Source: Dimorphilus gyrociliatus
Lineage: Eukaryota; Animalia; Annelida
Length of the DNA: 64,000 nucleotides
NCBI GenBank assembly: GCA_904063045.1
Contig: CAJFCJ010000012.1
Coordinates: 682,001-746,000 of the forward strand
Direction: 5' to 3'
Numbering within the stretch: position 1 is the stretch's first letter; each line of letters opens with the position of its first letter. A program made the position numbers and the translations under genes. The notes beneath the pieces were generated by a model. The model worked only from the letters and a program-made list of their open reading frames with translations, had not been told where the DNA came from and searched no databases. This document shows, piece after piece, positions 25,328 to 38,111 of this stretch.

Positions 25328-25337
25328 GCGTTGTCAC
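25328..25337 (-). promoter_or_regulatory. Antioxidant response element core GTGACaacGC
   Basis: Matches RTGACnnnGC, about 155 bp upstream of the GST copy 3 ATG. Confidence 0.35.
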
Positions 25338-25490
25338 TGTACTCACCTCATGATTTTAAACTTTTCCTAAGGAAATTTCGCAATAGTACTGATAATTTCG
25401 AAACTAAATTTTCTATCTGCTGTCACAAACCGATCAGTTGTTGGCTAGCAAGAGTGTACTATTAACATCTTGAACTAGATCAAATTAAAA

Positions 25491-26733
25491 ATGGCACCTA
25501 CTTTAGGTTACTGGAACATTAAAGGAGTATGTTAATAACTATAAATCTATTACGACTTTTTGTTATGTTGTTCTTACAAAAAAATGATGAATACATGATT
25601 AATGTATAAAGAATATAGATTTAACTTTCTTGAAAAATTGTCTATAGCCTTTCAAATTCCACCATTTAACGAGTTATATATCATTCTTTCAGTTGGCTCA
25701 ACAGATAAGGCTTCTCTTGAAGTACTGCAATGTTGAATTTGAAGATAAAGTCTACGATTTCGGACCAGGTAAGGATTGAAACGATAGAATAATCTTTTAT
25801 GTTTAATTTAATAATTTTTTTATCAAATCTTTCAAGGTCCTGATCGCTACAGCGAGAACTGGTTAAAGGACAAATTCAATCTTGGTTTAGATTTTCCAAA
25901 TGTAATTAAAATACCAAAATTAATAGATGTTATCCCAATTCTTCATCCAAAAATAACCTAGTTTTAATATCTTCAGTTGCCTTATTACATAGATGGAGAC
26001 GTTAAGCTTACACAGAGTAAAGCTATCATGGCATATATTGCAAAAAAGTATGGTCTTTGTAAGTTGCAAGTTTATATTATTACCTAATTAGGAGCTATAA
26101 TTGTATATGTTGTTGTTTTTCCTTTCAAAGTTGGTAAAACACCTGAAGAAGAAGTAAAGGTTTACTTTTTGATGGATGAAATAGCTGACTTTAATATTGA
26201 CTTTATAAAGATTGGTTATGTTGCAACCGATGATGATAACTACGTAAATAATATTACTTGTAGTATACATTTTCTTATATACTAAAACAATGTTACGTCG
26301 ATTATAGCAAAAGATGATAAAAGAGTACCTGAGTAATTTAGATAGTAAACTGGAAAAATACGAAAAGTATCTATCAAAGAATGAATCTGGAAAATGGCTA
26401 TTAGGAGAAAATGTAAATATTCATTTAATAAATTAGAATATTTAATTAATTATTAAAACTTAGATTTCCTGCCCCGACTTTAACATGTACGAAGTCCTAG
26501 ATAAACATAGATTTTTGAAGGCAGATGTTTTGGATAATTTCCCAACATTAAATGCTTATATGGCTAACTTTGAGGTAAATAATCTATTTAATTTTTATTT
26601 TAGGAATGACCTAATTAATTTAAACATTATTTTTTAACATTACTAGAATATACCGAGCATCAAAGAGTATATGAGCAGTAAAGAGTTTATAAAATGGCCA
26701 TTATGTGGACCCATGTCTAAATTTGGCAGCTGA
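25491..26733 (+). CDS. GSTM: Mu-class glutathione S-transferase, copy 3 (8 exons)
   Basis: [12 protein letters not shown]|[11 protein letters not shown]...DFGP|[22 protein letters not shown]|[18 protein letters not shown]...|[28 protein letters not shown]. Seven in-phase GT-AG introns. Confidence 0.93.
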
Positions 26734-27279
26734 TAAGTGAATAAGGAGAGAAAAAATGTTAATTGGGACAAAGAGTTCAAAAAATTAATATTAGATATGC
26801 TCTTAAAAATACAATACTATTCACAATGAAAGCATCTTTGTGTTAACAATACAAAATATAAAAACAGCTAGTTAATCCTAGTGTAAAATGATATAGATTT
26901 ACCTGTTTAAATAATTTTATTTTTTTCTATTAGATTTCAAACAATAACGAAAATTCAAATAGCCTATTTATATCTCAGCACAAATAATAGATGTACCAAA
27001 GCATGTAGTACTGTAAATTGAGAGAAAAGGTAGCAATAATAATAAAGCAAGCAATTCATTCAGTATTAGTGACTATTGAAAATTACTCTCTTATTTTTTC
27101 GTTACATTTTTAAAGTTATTCAACGATTTTACAGAATCAGCTTTAATAACATATTATTAGTATTTCACAAATATTTTGGCTTTTATCATGTAAGAATTGC
27201 AAAATATACGTAAGATAATATTAATACGCTTTTAAATAATATATAAGTATATACTGTATAGGATATAAATTTATACTAG

Positions 27280-27281
<2 letters not shown>

Positions 27282-27311
<30 letters not shown>
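27282..27311. repeat. (TA)n microsatellite
   Basis: TA run seen directly. Confidence 0.9.
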
Positions 27312-27313
<2 letters not shown>

Positions 27314-28760
27314 TTTTAGGCTAAATCGATTTTTTTTAGAGGATGAAATCAATAAATATGTTTTGGTATCTGTCTGTGTAACTTAAGTGCTACCGTTATC
27401 TGCTCTAATCTACTCTATTGAATATTTTAAGGAGGTTGCTGTTTTTGTTATATTTTTTTTCTGGTTAACTATTAAAGGCAAAAACGAATTATTAAAATAA
27501 TAGATCTCTCTTTCCTTTCAGTAAAAATTTAATTATAATATAAAATTTCTATTCCTATCGGCCATCCTCTTTGTCATCTGTCCTATCTTTCAAGTATAGG
27601 ACTAAAGATAATTTACTGTACTATAAAATAAAAGAAACAAATACAATTGAATAGATTTCGTACGAGAAAAAATATCAAACTATTCTTTATTCTGTATATA
27701 TTAGTATAGACAGTATATTTCAGGGTTCAACTCTTGTCATTTGTATCAATTGTGCAAATACAAATCTTGTTGATTTTCCATTTGAAAAACGGCCAAAATC
27801 TAGATATATCGAGATTTTAAAGTGAACAATTTATCAAATAAGTTAGGTCTAACCGATTTCCGGAGACATGCATTCTCAATTCACAGCTCTCTAGTTGTAT
27901 TTATCTCTTCAATCCTATCACCCCACCCTTTCTTCATTCAGCCTTTATCTTTTTATACGTTGTTTATTTTGTAAATACTATTGTGAAAAAAAAATGGGAG
28001 GACGAGCAAAGTTGGATAAAAATGGAAGGTGGAAAAAAAAGACCCTATATACAGTATATAATCTTATTTTGATTGATTAACATTTATAAAATTTGAATTT
28101 AAAGGAAGTAATAAAAGAATTTCACAACTTTAAAGGTATGTTTATTAGCTCAAAGACAGCAAGTAACAATGGTGTATTATATTTATTTATATTTACTTTT
28201 AAATAACTCTATTCTGGAATGAAAATATGACATTTATTCACCTCATTTCTCTTGGGAAAAAAGATAAACGTTGTTTTTATACAAAAAGAAATTATTAACT
28301 TACCAAATTAGTCTAATATATTTAAATAAAAATAAAACATTAATTTCAATTGTATAAAAAGCATGGACAGAACGCCAATATGCTATAGAAATTTTGTACT
28401 AGTAACAAACTACACCGAAGTGTCTGTAGTAGTATTAATAATAATATATATATATAAATATACATATATATAAATCAAGGTATGTATATATATATATATG
28501 TATACTGTATAATAAATAATTATAGTTGAGTGTCTATGCATATAAAATGTACATATTCAGTATATATACATACATATTTATATGTATATGCAATTATTAT
28601 GTATATATATATATAGGAAATGTTGTATATAAAAGTCATATGGATAGTTTATAGAAATTTCTGTAATAAATTTAGCCCTCAGTCTGTTTAATAGTTTTGC
28701 ATAAAGGAGACAAAAGCACCAAAATTATTCTCTTTATGAAATCATTTATGATATAAAGCT

Positions 28761-29636
28761 TTACAGTTTCAAGAACTTTTTCTTTCCAGTCCCTGCACTA
28801 GCCTTAATCTTCTCTCTAGCTTTTCGCTCTTTTTCTTCTCTTTTTCTCTCCTTTTCAACCATATTCTTTAATTCTTTTAGTTTCTTTTTCAATATGTCAC
28901 GTTCTTTTGTCATCGACCCGCAGAATGTCTTTTAGGGAAGTTGATCAAGGTTAATCTAGTTTACTGTATGTGATTAGGAAAAGACTTACTTTTAATCTAT
29001 TGCTATCCATGCCGAGAAGAGTTTCACCATCGATTTTTTCATCTTTAGCCGCTTCGCAAAAGCATTTCAAGTTATTCTTTTCTAACCAACAGCAAACTTG
29101 CGGAACCATCCAAACTATTGGGGACTCCAAAAGTATGGGTTTATCGGCTTTTTGTCGAATTAAAAACGAATAAAATTAATATGTCGAGAAGTTACTAATG
29201 ATCATATTTACCACTTGATAACTCAGAGCCATCCGTCAACAGCCTTTCTCTTTTCTCCGGTTCTAGTTCTTTGAGCGGGCGTTCATTTGTACTTTCAGAA
29301 GTGTGAGTCACGCTTATTAGAACTATTCCACCATTATCTTCCGAGTTATCTAAAGGGAATGTTGCCACTTCACCGCTGTTGGATATCACACTGTTTGGTT
29401 CATAAGACGCGTGAGAAGCAACTGATGAGGTTTCTGACGAATCCCTATCATCGGGGATAGTAAAAAATACGTATAAAATCAACTGCTTAATCAAAAAATC
29501 TTGCTAAGTGATAGTTACGACAATTGAATTATAGTATTAGTAAAAAATAGTAGAGTGAAATTCTTAGAAGATGCTTGATTAAATATAAATAACAGTAATA
29601 AAAAGGAAAATAGTGGGTAAATTATACATATACATT

Positions 29637-29670
<34 letters not shown>

Positions 29671-32600
29671 GATGTTAAAGTTAGATTATCAACACCAACC
29701 AATAATCGACGGATTCCTCTACTGATTGTACAACATCACGCTGTCTTCGAGGAGGAACTTCGGGTCTAATCATGATAGATAAGAAGAAAAGGTAAGGAAT
29801 CAGAGGGTTAGTGAGTTTTTGTTATTAAAAGCAAAGCTTGACGAAAAGTGGGAGAAAAGTGACTGAAACATATCTTACCTATAATCCTCGAATTCAGGTT
29901 CCGATTTAACTTGAGCAGGCAATTTACTGGGAGGTTTTCTATTCGCTAGGCTACTTTTTCCTTTTATTAAATTGACTCTATCCTTGGAGGCAGTCGTATC
30001 TAAAAGATGGTCAGTTGTTGGTACATCAAAATTCGGTAGGCTATTACCATTTCTCTGGTCTACAGCTAAAAAGGATTGCGTAGAAAGGGATATTTGTAAA
30101 TGCTTGATAAAAAATAAAGGAAAACATTCCTCTCACAAAACAATAATATAGGAAAGGGAATACGATAACAAATATAATATTTAGAAAAACAAAGGAAACA
30201 ATCATTCAATAGAATCTATAAAATATTCCTACCGTCTTCGGCTCCTAACGATATCCCTGAATTCTTTAATTTTTCTTCTAACGTTTTTATGTATTGCTGT
30301 TGGGCTTCTTCCCTTTTAGCCATTTTTCTTATTGTCTCATTCGCTTCTTCGAACCGTGAATCGGCTTTTTTACAGTCAATTTCCATGTGCTGTTGCATTT
30401 CTGCTAATTTCTCTTTGGAGCCTTTCATTATGGACTGATAGTTAGATATGTCTGATTGAACTGCTTGTAAAGCTCTCTCGCTATCCCTCAGTTTCGCGCC
30501 CATTTCTTCACATCTGTTCATTGAATTAAACTTATTGGAAATCCCATAGGAGAAGAGAATATTTTAAGCATACAAAATAGAAAATAGAATAAAGTTAACC
30601 TCTTCTCGTATTGCTTTTTTTGTTTTTCAACATTCTCTAACACTATAACTCTTGCACGTAATTTTGCTAGTTCAGCTTCAATAGCTGCATTTTTATATTG
30701 AGCATCTTTCAATTTAATAAATAACTCTTCTCTAGTTGGCATTTCAGGAGTTTCCGGTGAAGCATCCTCTGACGACGGTAATTGCGTTCGTAATTCCTTT
30801 TCAGTTCTTTCTAGCTCCGAATCCTGTTGTTTTAACACTTCTTGTTTCTTTCTAACCTCTTCTAGTTCTTTTCGCTCAGTTTTTGCTTTGTCTTTCTCAA
30901 CAGACTGTCGAATTAGCTTCATCACCTGTGTTTATTAATACATTACTCTATTCACCAGTCACAACAATATTGAAAAGTTTTCTAACCTCGCTATTTTCTC
31001 TATCACGTTCGCGGCCTATTTGGAAGACAACTTTACCAGAAGTGCCTCTGAGAACTTCAGCGGCGTAAACTTGAGTCACACCTAGCAAACTCTTTCCATC
31101 TACTTCAATTATTTGATCTCCGACCTCAATACGGCCATCTTCCTCTGCAGCACCTCCAGGAGCCATTGTTTTAATAAAAATTCCCAATTTTTCCAATCCG
31201 GCATCAGCTCCTACTCCCATACCAATAATAGAGAGTCCGAGACCGGAAGCACCTACAAAAACAATAAATTTAAATTTGTTACCTTGTCAAGTAGTAATCT
31301 CACCTTTGTTTAGTTCAACAGGAAAGACATCCATTTTTTCAACCCGTTTTTCCAATTCCCACTCGGCACTGGCCGCCAAAGGATCCATTTCTTCATTCTT
31401 CCTATCATAATCTTCAGGAGGGTATGTTAAGAAAACTCTAATAGGGTCAGTGCTAAACTTGAGCTTTGAAGGGGGTTTGTAATCAATTAAATGCTCCTCT
31501 GGTTCCGATTCTTCAGGTAAACCAGTAATTTCATAAAATCCTAATTCATTTTCTCCATCATAATCATCGAAAGCATCGTCTCTTATTTCTTCATACTCGT
31601 CTGTTGTGTAATATTAGTAAATATAAAATTGAATAATATTGATAAGATAATATAGATAATATGAATTGTTATTGATATTTCTTTGAGCTAAATTGAGTAC
31701 TTACTATCATCCAGCACGCCACTGTCTTGAGTTGCGTCTGGCTTGGGAATTTCGGGTTCTTCTCTACCATCGGGACGTTCTCGTTGCTTTAATAAATCAT
31801 CAGGAGTTGGGTAAACATTTTCACTCTCCGTTGGCGATGAAATATCTTTTACTTTAGTTATTACTTGATTTACATAATTCACATCAGTGCTTTCTTCGGG
31901 ACTAAATCCATCAAGAGTCAATGTCTCTTTCGGTTGATCTCTCTCGTTTATTTGCGCAGCTTCTTCAACTGCCAGAGACAATTCCTCAAGTTTTTTGAGC
32001 GTAGCTGGCGAGCCGTGAGTCAAGTGTGTATCATCTACAATAGTGGATTCTTCCAAAGTATTTGGCGAGTCTTTAAAGTCGTCCTCCATTGTGTCCGACG
32101 AAGAATCGGGGACTTCGGTACGAGGAAGAGGGGGTGGGGAATCGCTTCTTTCAGCTATCTCTTCTCCAGCACCATCTTTTAGCACTTCTCTGGTTTTTTC
32201 ACGATTTTTTTTCCATTGTTGCAAAGAGTCAATATGATCGGTGGTAGTATCATTACCTATAAAACGGGATGGAACATTCCTAGGTGACGTAATTTTGGAG
32301 TCTTCGTGATTCCAATTCTTTTTTAGAGGTTTTTCTGGTTCTTCTCTTATTGCATTACTTGTTGAATTGGGTAGTGTTCCTTCAGAGCGTTTAGGGATGC
32401 CGCGTGAATGAAACGTCTCCAATGTCTCTTCATAAACTTGAGAGGGGGAATCACCGTGACCTTTATCATCAAATGACTTCCACGGTTTAGACGAGGACTG
32501 CGCCTTTTCTTTATGTAAATCATTGCTTTTGTACACCGGCGAATAATTTGTTTCAGGCATGTCGTCTTCGTGATGTTTAATCCAGCTGGCTTCTTTCTCA

Positions 32601-34889
32601 GCATACTGTGAAGTAAAATTTTTCTCTTTTTGCATGCTCTTTGATGGCTTTGGTATCATGTCTAACTGTTCGCCTCTCCATGATGTACGATTAGGTTTTG
32701 CATCTTTTTCTCTTTCCCAATTTTCTTCACTTACGGCCTTTTTAGATAGTCTATCCGAATGGCTTCTTTCCAAAGAAACTTTATCCCTTCTCAATTGACT
32801 ATCGCTCTTTCTTTCATTTCTAAGGCTAGGTGCTGTTTTTGAAGGACCCTGCGGCTGGCTCTTTCTTTCGAATTTTTCTAGAAGAGACTTTGTTGAGGGA
32901 ACGCTTGTTTCGTCGACTAGATCCCTAGTCAAATCACTTTCGGATCTGGAAAGATTTCTATCACGATAATTACTCCCTCGAAAGCTACTTTCTTCTGGAA
33001 AAACATCCAAAGGCATAGAGTTTATATTTTCAGTTGAGGCAGCTTTAAGAATATTTTTAACATCGTCCGTGCTATCGGCCGAGGATCGCCTCTCCCTCTG
33101 ACTGTAGACTGGACTACTAGTTGAAAAGGATTTCTTAGCCCCTTTCTTCTTTGATGGCAAGGCATTTTCTTGTTCCAGCCGTTCAAAAATAGCCCTTGTT
33201 ACCTGAATATTAAACGAATACAATCAAATCTTGTTCAAGGACTTTAGTACGACCATAAAAAGTAAAAACTACATTTTTTATTGACAATTTACGAAGATAG
33301 ATATATCTTTAGGTTCATTTATATAAAAAAAAGCATTTAAAATTTACGACCTCCCTAATAGACTATTGTTAGTTTCAAGAAGACTTTACACTGTTTATTA
33401 GGAGGAATATACAAAAAAAAAACGAAGAAGCTAAGAACTACCAAAACCTTAAGTCAATAATAATAGTGTCTATTTGATCTTTCTGTTAACTTATCAATGC
33501 AGTCCTATATTGGTGTTCTATTACATTTTCGTGATATTTCTTTATCAAAATATATCAGTATGTAGCTATAATATTATAGCATGTTTAAGATTATTTAAAT
33601 GTTAACCATATAAAATTCGATATACATAAAGCAAAAATATAAAATGTAATTTTTTTAAGTTATAAAGGGAAAAATGATTATTGAATATTAACTCTTGAAA
33701 TTGTCTTGGTTTTCTCTTTGTTCTCGTTTTGTTCTTTTAAAAATTTTATATTAATATTGCAGTTGAATTAAAAAATTCTTTTTAATCTTGTCATTTAATC
33801 TTCTTACGTAGGCGTTATTTTTTTAAGAGTACACTTCTTATACATTATGTATATAGATATACACATATCTGCATATACTGCAGCCAATAGAGGCTCTTAA
33901 CAACTGTTAAGATATAAACAGTTCATTTTCTGTGTATGGCTTTTGCAAAACATTCGCAAATAAATATATATATTTATATATATAAGGATAATATCTTTTA
34001 GACCGGATATTACATTGCTTAACAAATAATACTAATATATATATATATATAAAATATATATATAATAACAATAAATAGTAAATGAAAGGAGGGAAGAGGA
34101 AAATTTAAAAAGACCAATTTTTTTTTGCCTTTCAAATATCAGTTCTTATGTTGTTAGGCAAACGATTATTCTGAATTTACAAGAGTAAACTTAGTCCTAT
34201 AATTCATATTTTGTTCTTTTTTTTTTTAAAAAAAAGAGAAATATAAAAGGAGCATATTTTCAATGGAAAACCTTACATATTACTATGTAAATAGGTTGGA
34301 AAACAAACGTTTATAACTTGAAATGATATAAATTTATATAAATATAGAGACAGAACGAGAGAAAGAGAGAGATTTCTACAATTGATTGATGAAAGAGAAA
34401 AAATATCTTAAGACCTTTAAATAACATACAATATGAACTTGAAAGCATAAATAGAACTCAATTGAATAAGTCGTAAATAGTTCCTTTTGCAGGTGAAATT
34501 TAGACCATAAATATAAATATATGAGTATTAAACTTCTGGAAAAGTTCTAAATTTTTACTAGTAGCTAATCTTTTATCGCATTTAATAACTTAATGGTGAT
34601 TATATTTTTTGTGACCACCTGTGTATGACACAGCTGGTTTACTAACAAAGTTAACATAGGACTTTATTTTTATATATATTATACATGTATACATATACTA
34701 TCAACTTTGAGTAACTTATTGTGAGTTAAATAAACAAACCTGAAATCTTTCCACATGATTCGTAGTATTAAAGTACTTTTCGGGATCTTCTTGATAAACC
34801 TGTCTGACACGGGTTAAGCTTGTTTCGTCTGGATTCTTTTTCTCTTTTTTCCAATGCGAAGGTCCACCATAAGATTTATACACAGCCAT
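28761..34889 (-). CDS. PPP1R9A: Neurabin/spinophilin: PP1-binding motif, PDZ, coiled coil, C-terminal SAM
   Basis: Exon 1 (34889-34740, ATG preceded by an in-frame TAA) gives ...NHVERFQ, which splices to [12 protein letters not shown] (exon 33202-31705). Then [16 protein letters not shown] (PP1 site), [55 protein letters not shown], a coiled coil, [13 protein letters not shown]...[15 protein letters not shown], ending GKKKFLKL* at 28761. Confidence 0.9.
29639..29664. repeat. (AT)n microsatellite in a neurabin intron
   Basis: AT run seen directly. Confidence 0.9.
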
Positions 34890-35372
34890 TTATATTAAAA
34901 AAATAAATATTTTGGCCAGTCCCCAGATAATTTTTTACGTTTTCTTTTTTTGGTAATTCCTTATTTATATTGTTTTCTTTTTTACGTAGAAAGTTTCACT
35001 ATTGTCAATTAAATCCAATTTTGCTGTGCTTATATCCAATTAACAATTTTCCATAAGTTAATGAGCATTCTTTTCATGTAGAATATTTTGGAATGTCAAT
35101 ATCCGTCAATTGACCTGATAAGATGAAATTTTTGTACATATTAATAATAATGTATGAAGAAAACGCCTTTACCGCTATGACTAACCGATGATTGCGGATC
35201 TGAAGGCGTCTAAAATTGAAGAAGCTCCAGCCGAGCACATAAATATAATATCTTTAGAAAATTTTGGGCGTGTATTATCAGGTTAAGTTATTCCGGACGA
35301 TAAAAATAGGTAATAAAACGTATGCCTTACCTGATACCATTTTAATCAATAAAGGTCAAGGTCGTTTTGCGT

Positions 35373-35421
35373 AGTGGCATCTTGCGGCTTGAAGAAGTTA
35401 TTATAGTGTCATCTAGCGGCC
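35373..35421 (-). promoter_or_regulatory. Two CTCF-like motifs (GCCGCAAGATGCCAC; GGCCGCTAGATGACACTA)
   Basis: Located in the short interval between the SLC6 stop codon and the neurabin 5' region. Confidence 0.45.
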
Positions 35422-35525
35422 ATATAAACTAATAAAAATACGTATTTTTCGCTAAAGTATGTCAAATGAAGAATACATTGGAAAAAAAAACGAACATCTT
35501 ATTTTTATTTATATTTTTCCTTTTT

Positions 35526-37653
35526 TTAAAGTTTATTAGATGACACTGACGTAACGTCACAAACAGATGACGATTTTATGAAATTTTCAACTTTAATATC
35601 AGTATCATCATCCAAATCTTCGCCACTAAATTTCCCATTAGCCTCAATACATTTCCTCTGACATGTTCCAATAATTGAATCTTTATCAGTAAAGTTAATC
35701 TCTATTACTCTTGGTTTAAATTCAATTTCTCTATTAGCCGGCTTCCAATTTTCTCTTGGATTAAGTAAGAATTGAATTGTTTTTAGCAATGATTTGTGAT
35801 ATTTATAACTTATAGATAGTTTATAAAATGCAATAGCTGGAATGAAAGATACTGGAAAGAATGTTATGCATAATCCAATGATATTAGCCCAATTTGGGAA
35901 AGGATGTTGTTCGTAACTTGACCCTTTATATTGATAAAAGGAAAAGAAGACTATACCAATAATTAGAAATGGAGTTCCGGCTAACCACAAACTTCTAAAC
36001 CACAAGTTTGGCCTTTTACCTAACATTTCTGATATATTATCAGAAAATCTTTTAATACCATAGATCCAACTTATGGTAATAATTTCAAAGAAACCTATGA
36101 ATAACACCGAGAAAGATGCACTATAATCGTCGAATAATTGTAAAACGTACATTCCACCCCTCGTAGTCATTGGTAGGCCTAATAGAAAAAGTACAAAGCA
36201 AATACTAGCCATTAAATACATAGGCTTTTTTCCGGTTCTTAAGGTTTCAGGATATATATCTAAAATTGTAGTATGTACTGTAGTAACAACAGAAAATTGT
36301 GTCCCCAATCCTAATGTTAATAGCATTAGAAAGAAGATAAGAGACCATAGAGATGATACAGGTAAACTGGCTATTACTTCTGGATAAGCTATAAAAGCAA
36401 GGCCACTTCCATGAACTGCAACTTTAGAGACTTCTGTTCCCATTTCATGGGCCATATAGCCAATTGATCCAAATACGACGAATCCGGCTGAAAAATTGTA
36501 TTACTTTTTGTTTGAGCCAGAGGATTATTATTCTAACTACCTAAGACGAACCTATAAAGGATGTCAAACAATTTCCAATTGATATTATAATTGCATCTTT
36601 GTAACAATTATTATTAAATTTGTTATAGGATGCCAAGGTAATTAACCCTCCCCAGCAGGGGGATAAGGAAAAAAAAATTTGAACAGCTGCGTCACCCCAT
36701 ACCTTTGCACCCTTCAATATCGAAAAATCAGGTTTTATATAGAATTCAACGCCTTTAATACTTCCCTCCAAAGTAGCTACTCGAATACCCATTATTAAAA
36801 TAACAAAGTAAGGAAATAGGGCCGTAAAATAGGCCACCTTTCCTTGAGATTTTACACCTTTTAACAGGCATATACAAACCAGAAACCACGAGAGAAATAA
36901 ACATCCTAACTGTTTCCATTTTATGGCTCCGAGATTTCCTATACCATCCGAAATGTCAAGTGCGTGTCCGTGAAAATATTCATAGCTGGGCAGATTCAGA
37001 TAAGAAGTGTCAGTAAAATTGGATGAAGAGTATAAATTATATGCTAGTCTCATATCTTCGCTATATAAAGTTATATTATTCCTTGCCCCGTTAAAACAGG
37101 TTCTGTTGAACCAAAAACCCTGATTATCTGTACAGTTTTTTTGGTTTTCTACATCGTCTAGACCACTACATCTTCCTGTATTCCATTCATGGCCGCAACC
37201 TCTCCAAGGAACATCCTTCCCTAGAGAAGCGAATAAATAGAAAATCGTCCAAGCTACGATCATATTGTAATAGATTCCCACAAGAAAAGATACAAAAAAC
37301 ATTCCCCAACCGATTCCCTCCATTAGTGGACATATTTTCCAAATAGAAATGATACCCTCGCTTGCATACTGACCAAAAGACATTTCAAGAAAGACTAAAG
37401 GCATTCCCGCCAATAGTAAAATAATCGTATAAGGTATTAGGAAAGCCCCTCCTCCGTTTGAATAACATCTGTACGGGAATCTCCACAAATTTCCGAGGCC
37501 TACTGCATAGCTGAGACAGCTAAAGATAAATTCTAATTTCCCGCCCCATTCCTCTCGTATTACGGTCCCTGATTCCTTGGCTATCTGTCTATGCTCTGCC
37601 GTTTTCATAGACTCTCTGCCGTTTTTTATGGTTTCGTTATAGCTCTCCGACAT
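35526..37653 (-). CDS. SLC6 sodium/chloride-dependent amino-acid transporter, glycine-transporter-like (2 exons)
   Basis: TM1 YAVGLGNLWRFPY (Gly, not Asp, so amino-acid type), TM6 QIFFSLSPCWGGLITLASYNKF with the GlyT Trp, TM8 LGLGTQF as in GlyT1. The two ORFs join through a 64-nt GT-AG intron (36551-36488) to give SFIAGFVVFGSIGYMAHE. Confidence 0.93.
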
Positions 37654-38111
37654 TTTATTAGATTACTATTTTAGTATAAATTTCACATTAATTATTATTG
37701 TTTTTATTCAAATTTTATTGTTTCTCCTTAATTACAGCCTATGATATTTTCAAAATAAACAAAATGGTGATATTTTATATATTTTTTAATAGGATTACGA
37801 CAATTGTGTAGCTTTATTTTCTTTAAAAACTCTCTCCAATTATGCCTAATATCCATTGTTCTTATTAAATAAAATCCATGAAAGAAATCAGAAGCTTTAA
37901 GCAATATCGGTGGTTATAATTTAGACGATAGATGGCATATATTTCATTCTTAAACATCAGTCGGTACACTCTATTTCCGCTATTTTTCATGAAATTAATT
38001 CACGCGGAACTCGTAGCCAGACGAGTCTAAAAATCCAATATGTCGCCACTACATCTCTGAACAATAAACCCTTTCAAACTCGTTTAAAATTCTTTTTTCA
38101 AAAAATTAACT
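37654..38111. promoter_or_regulatory. Probable bidirectional promoter between SLC6 and DIP2
   Basis: The two start codons are 458 bp apart head-to-head. There is local CpG and a GATAGATGGCAT motif at about 37927. Confidence 0.55.

Noticed and set aside
26734-28760. Possible fourth GST copy after copy 3
   Set aside because: No MAP..GYW exon or other GST exon was found. The region is AT-rich intergenic or 3' UTR sequence.
31865-32604. Overlapping ORFs on and against the large neurabin exon
   Set aside because: These are shadow frames of a real coding exon with no recognisable product.
36455-36552. Break between the two SLC6 ORFs as a frameshift or pseudogene
   Set aside because: A 64-nt GT-AG intron restores the conserved SFIAGFVVF motif.
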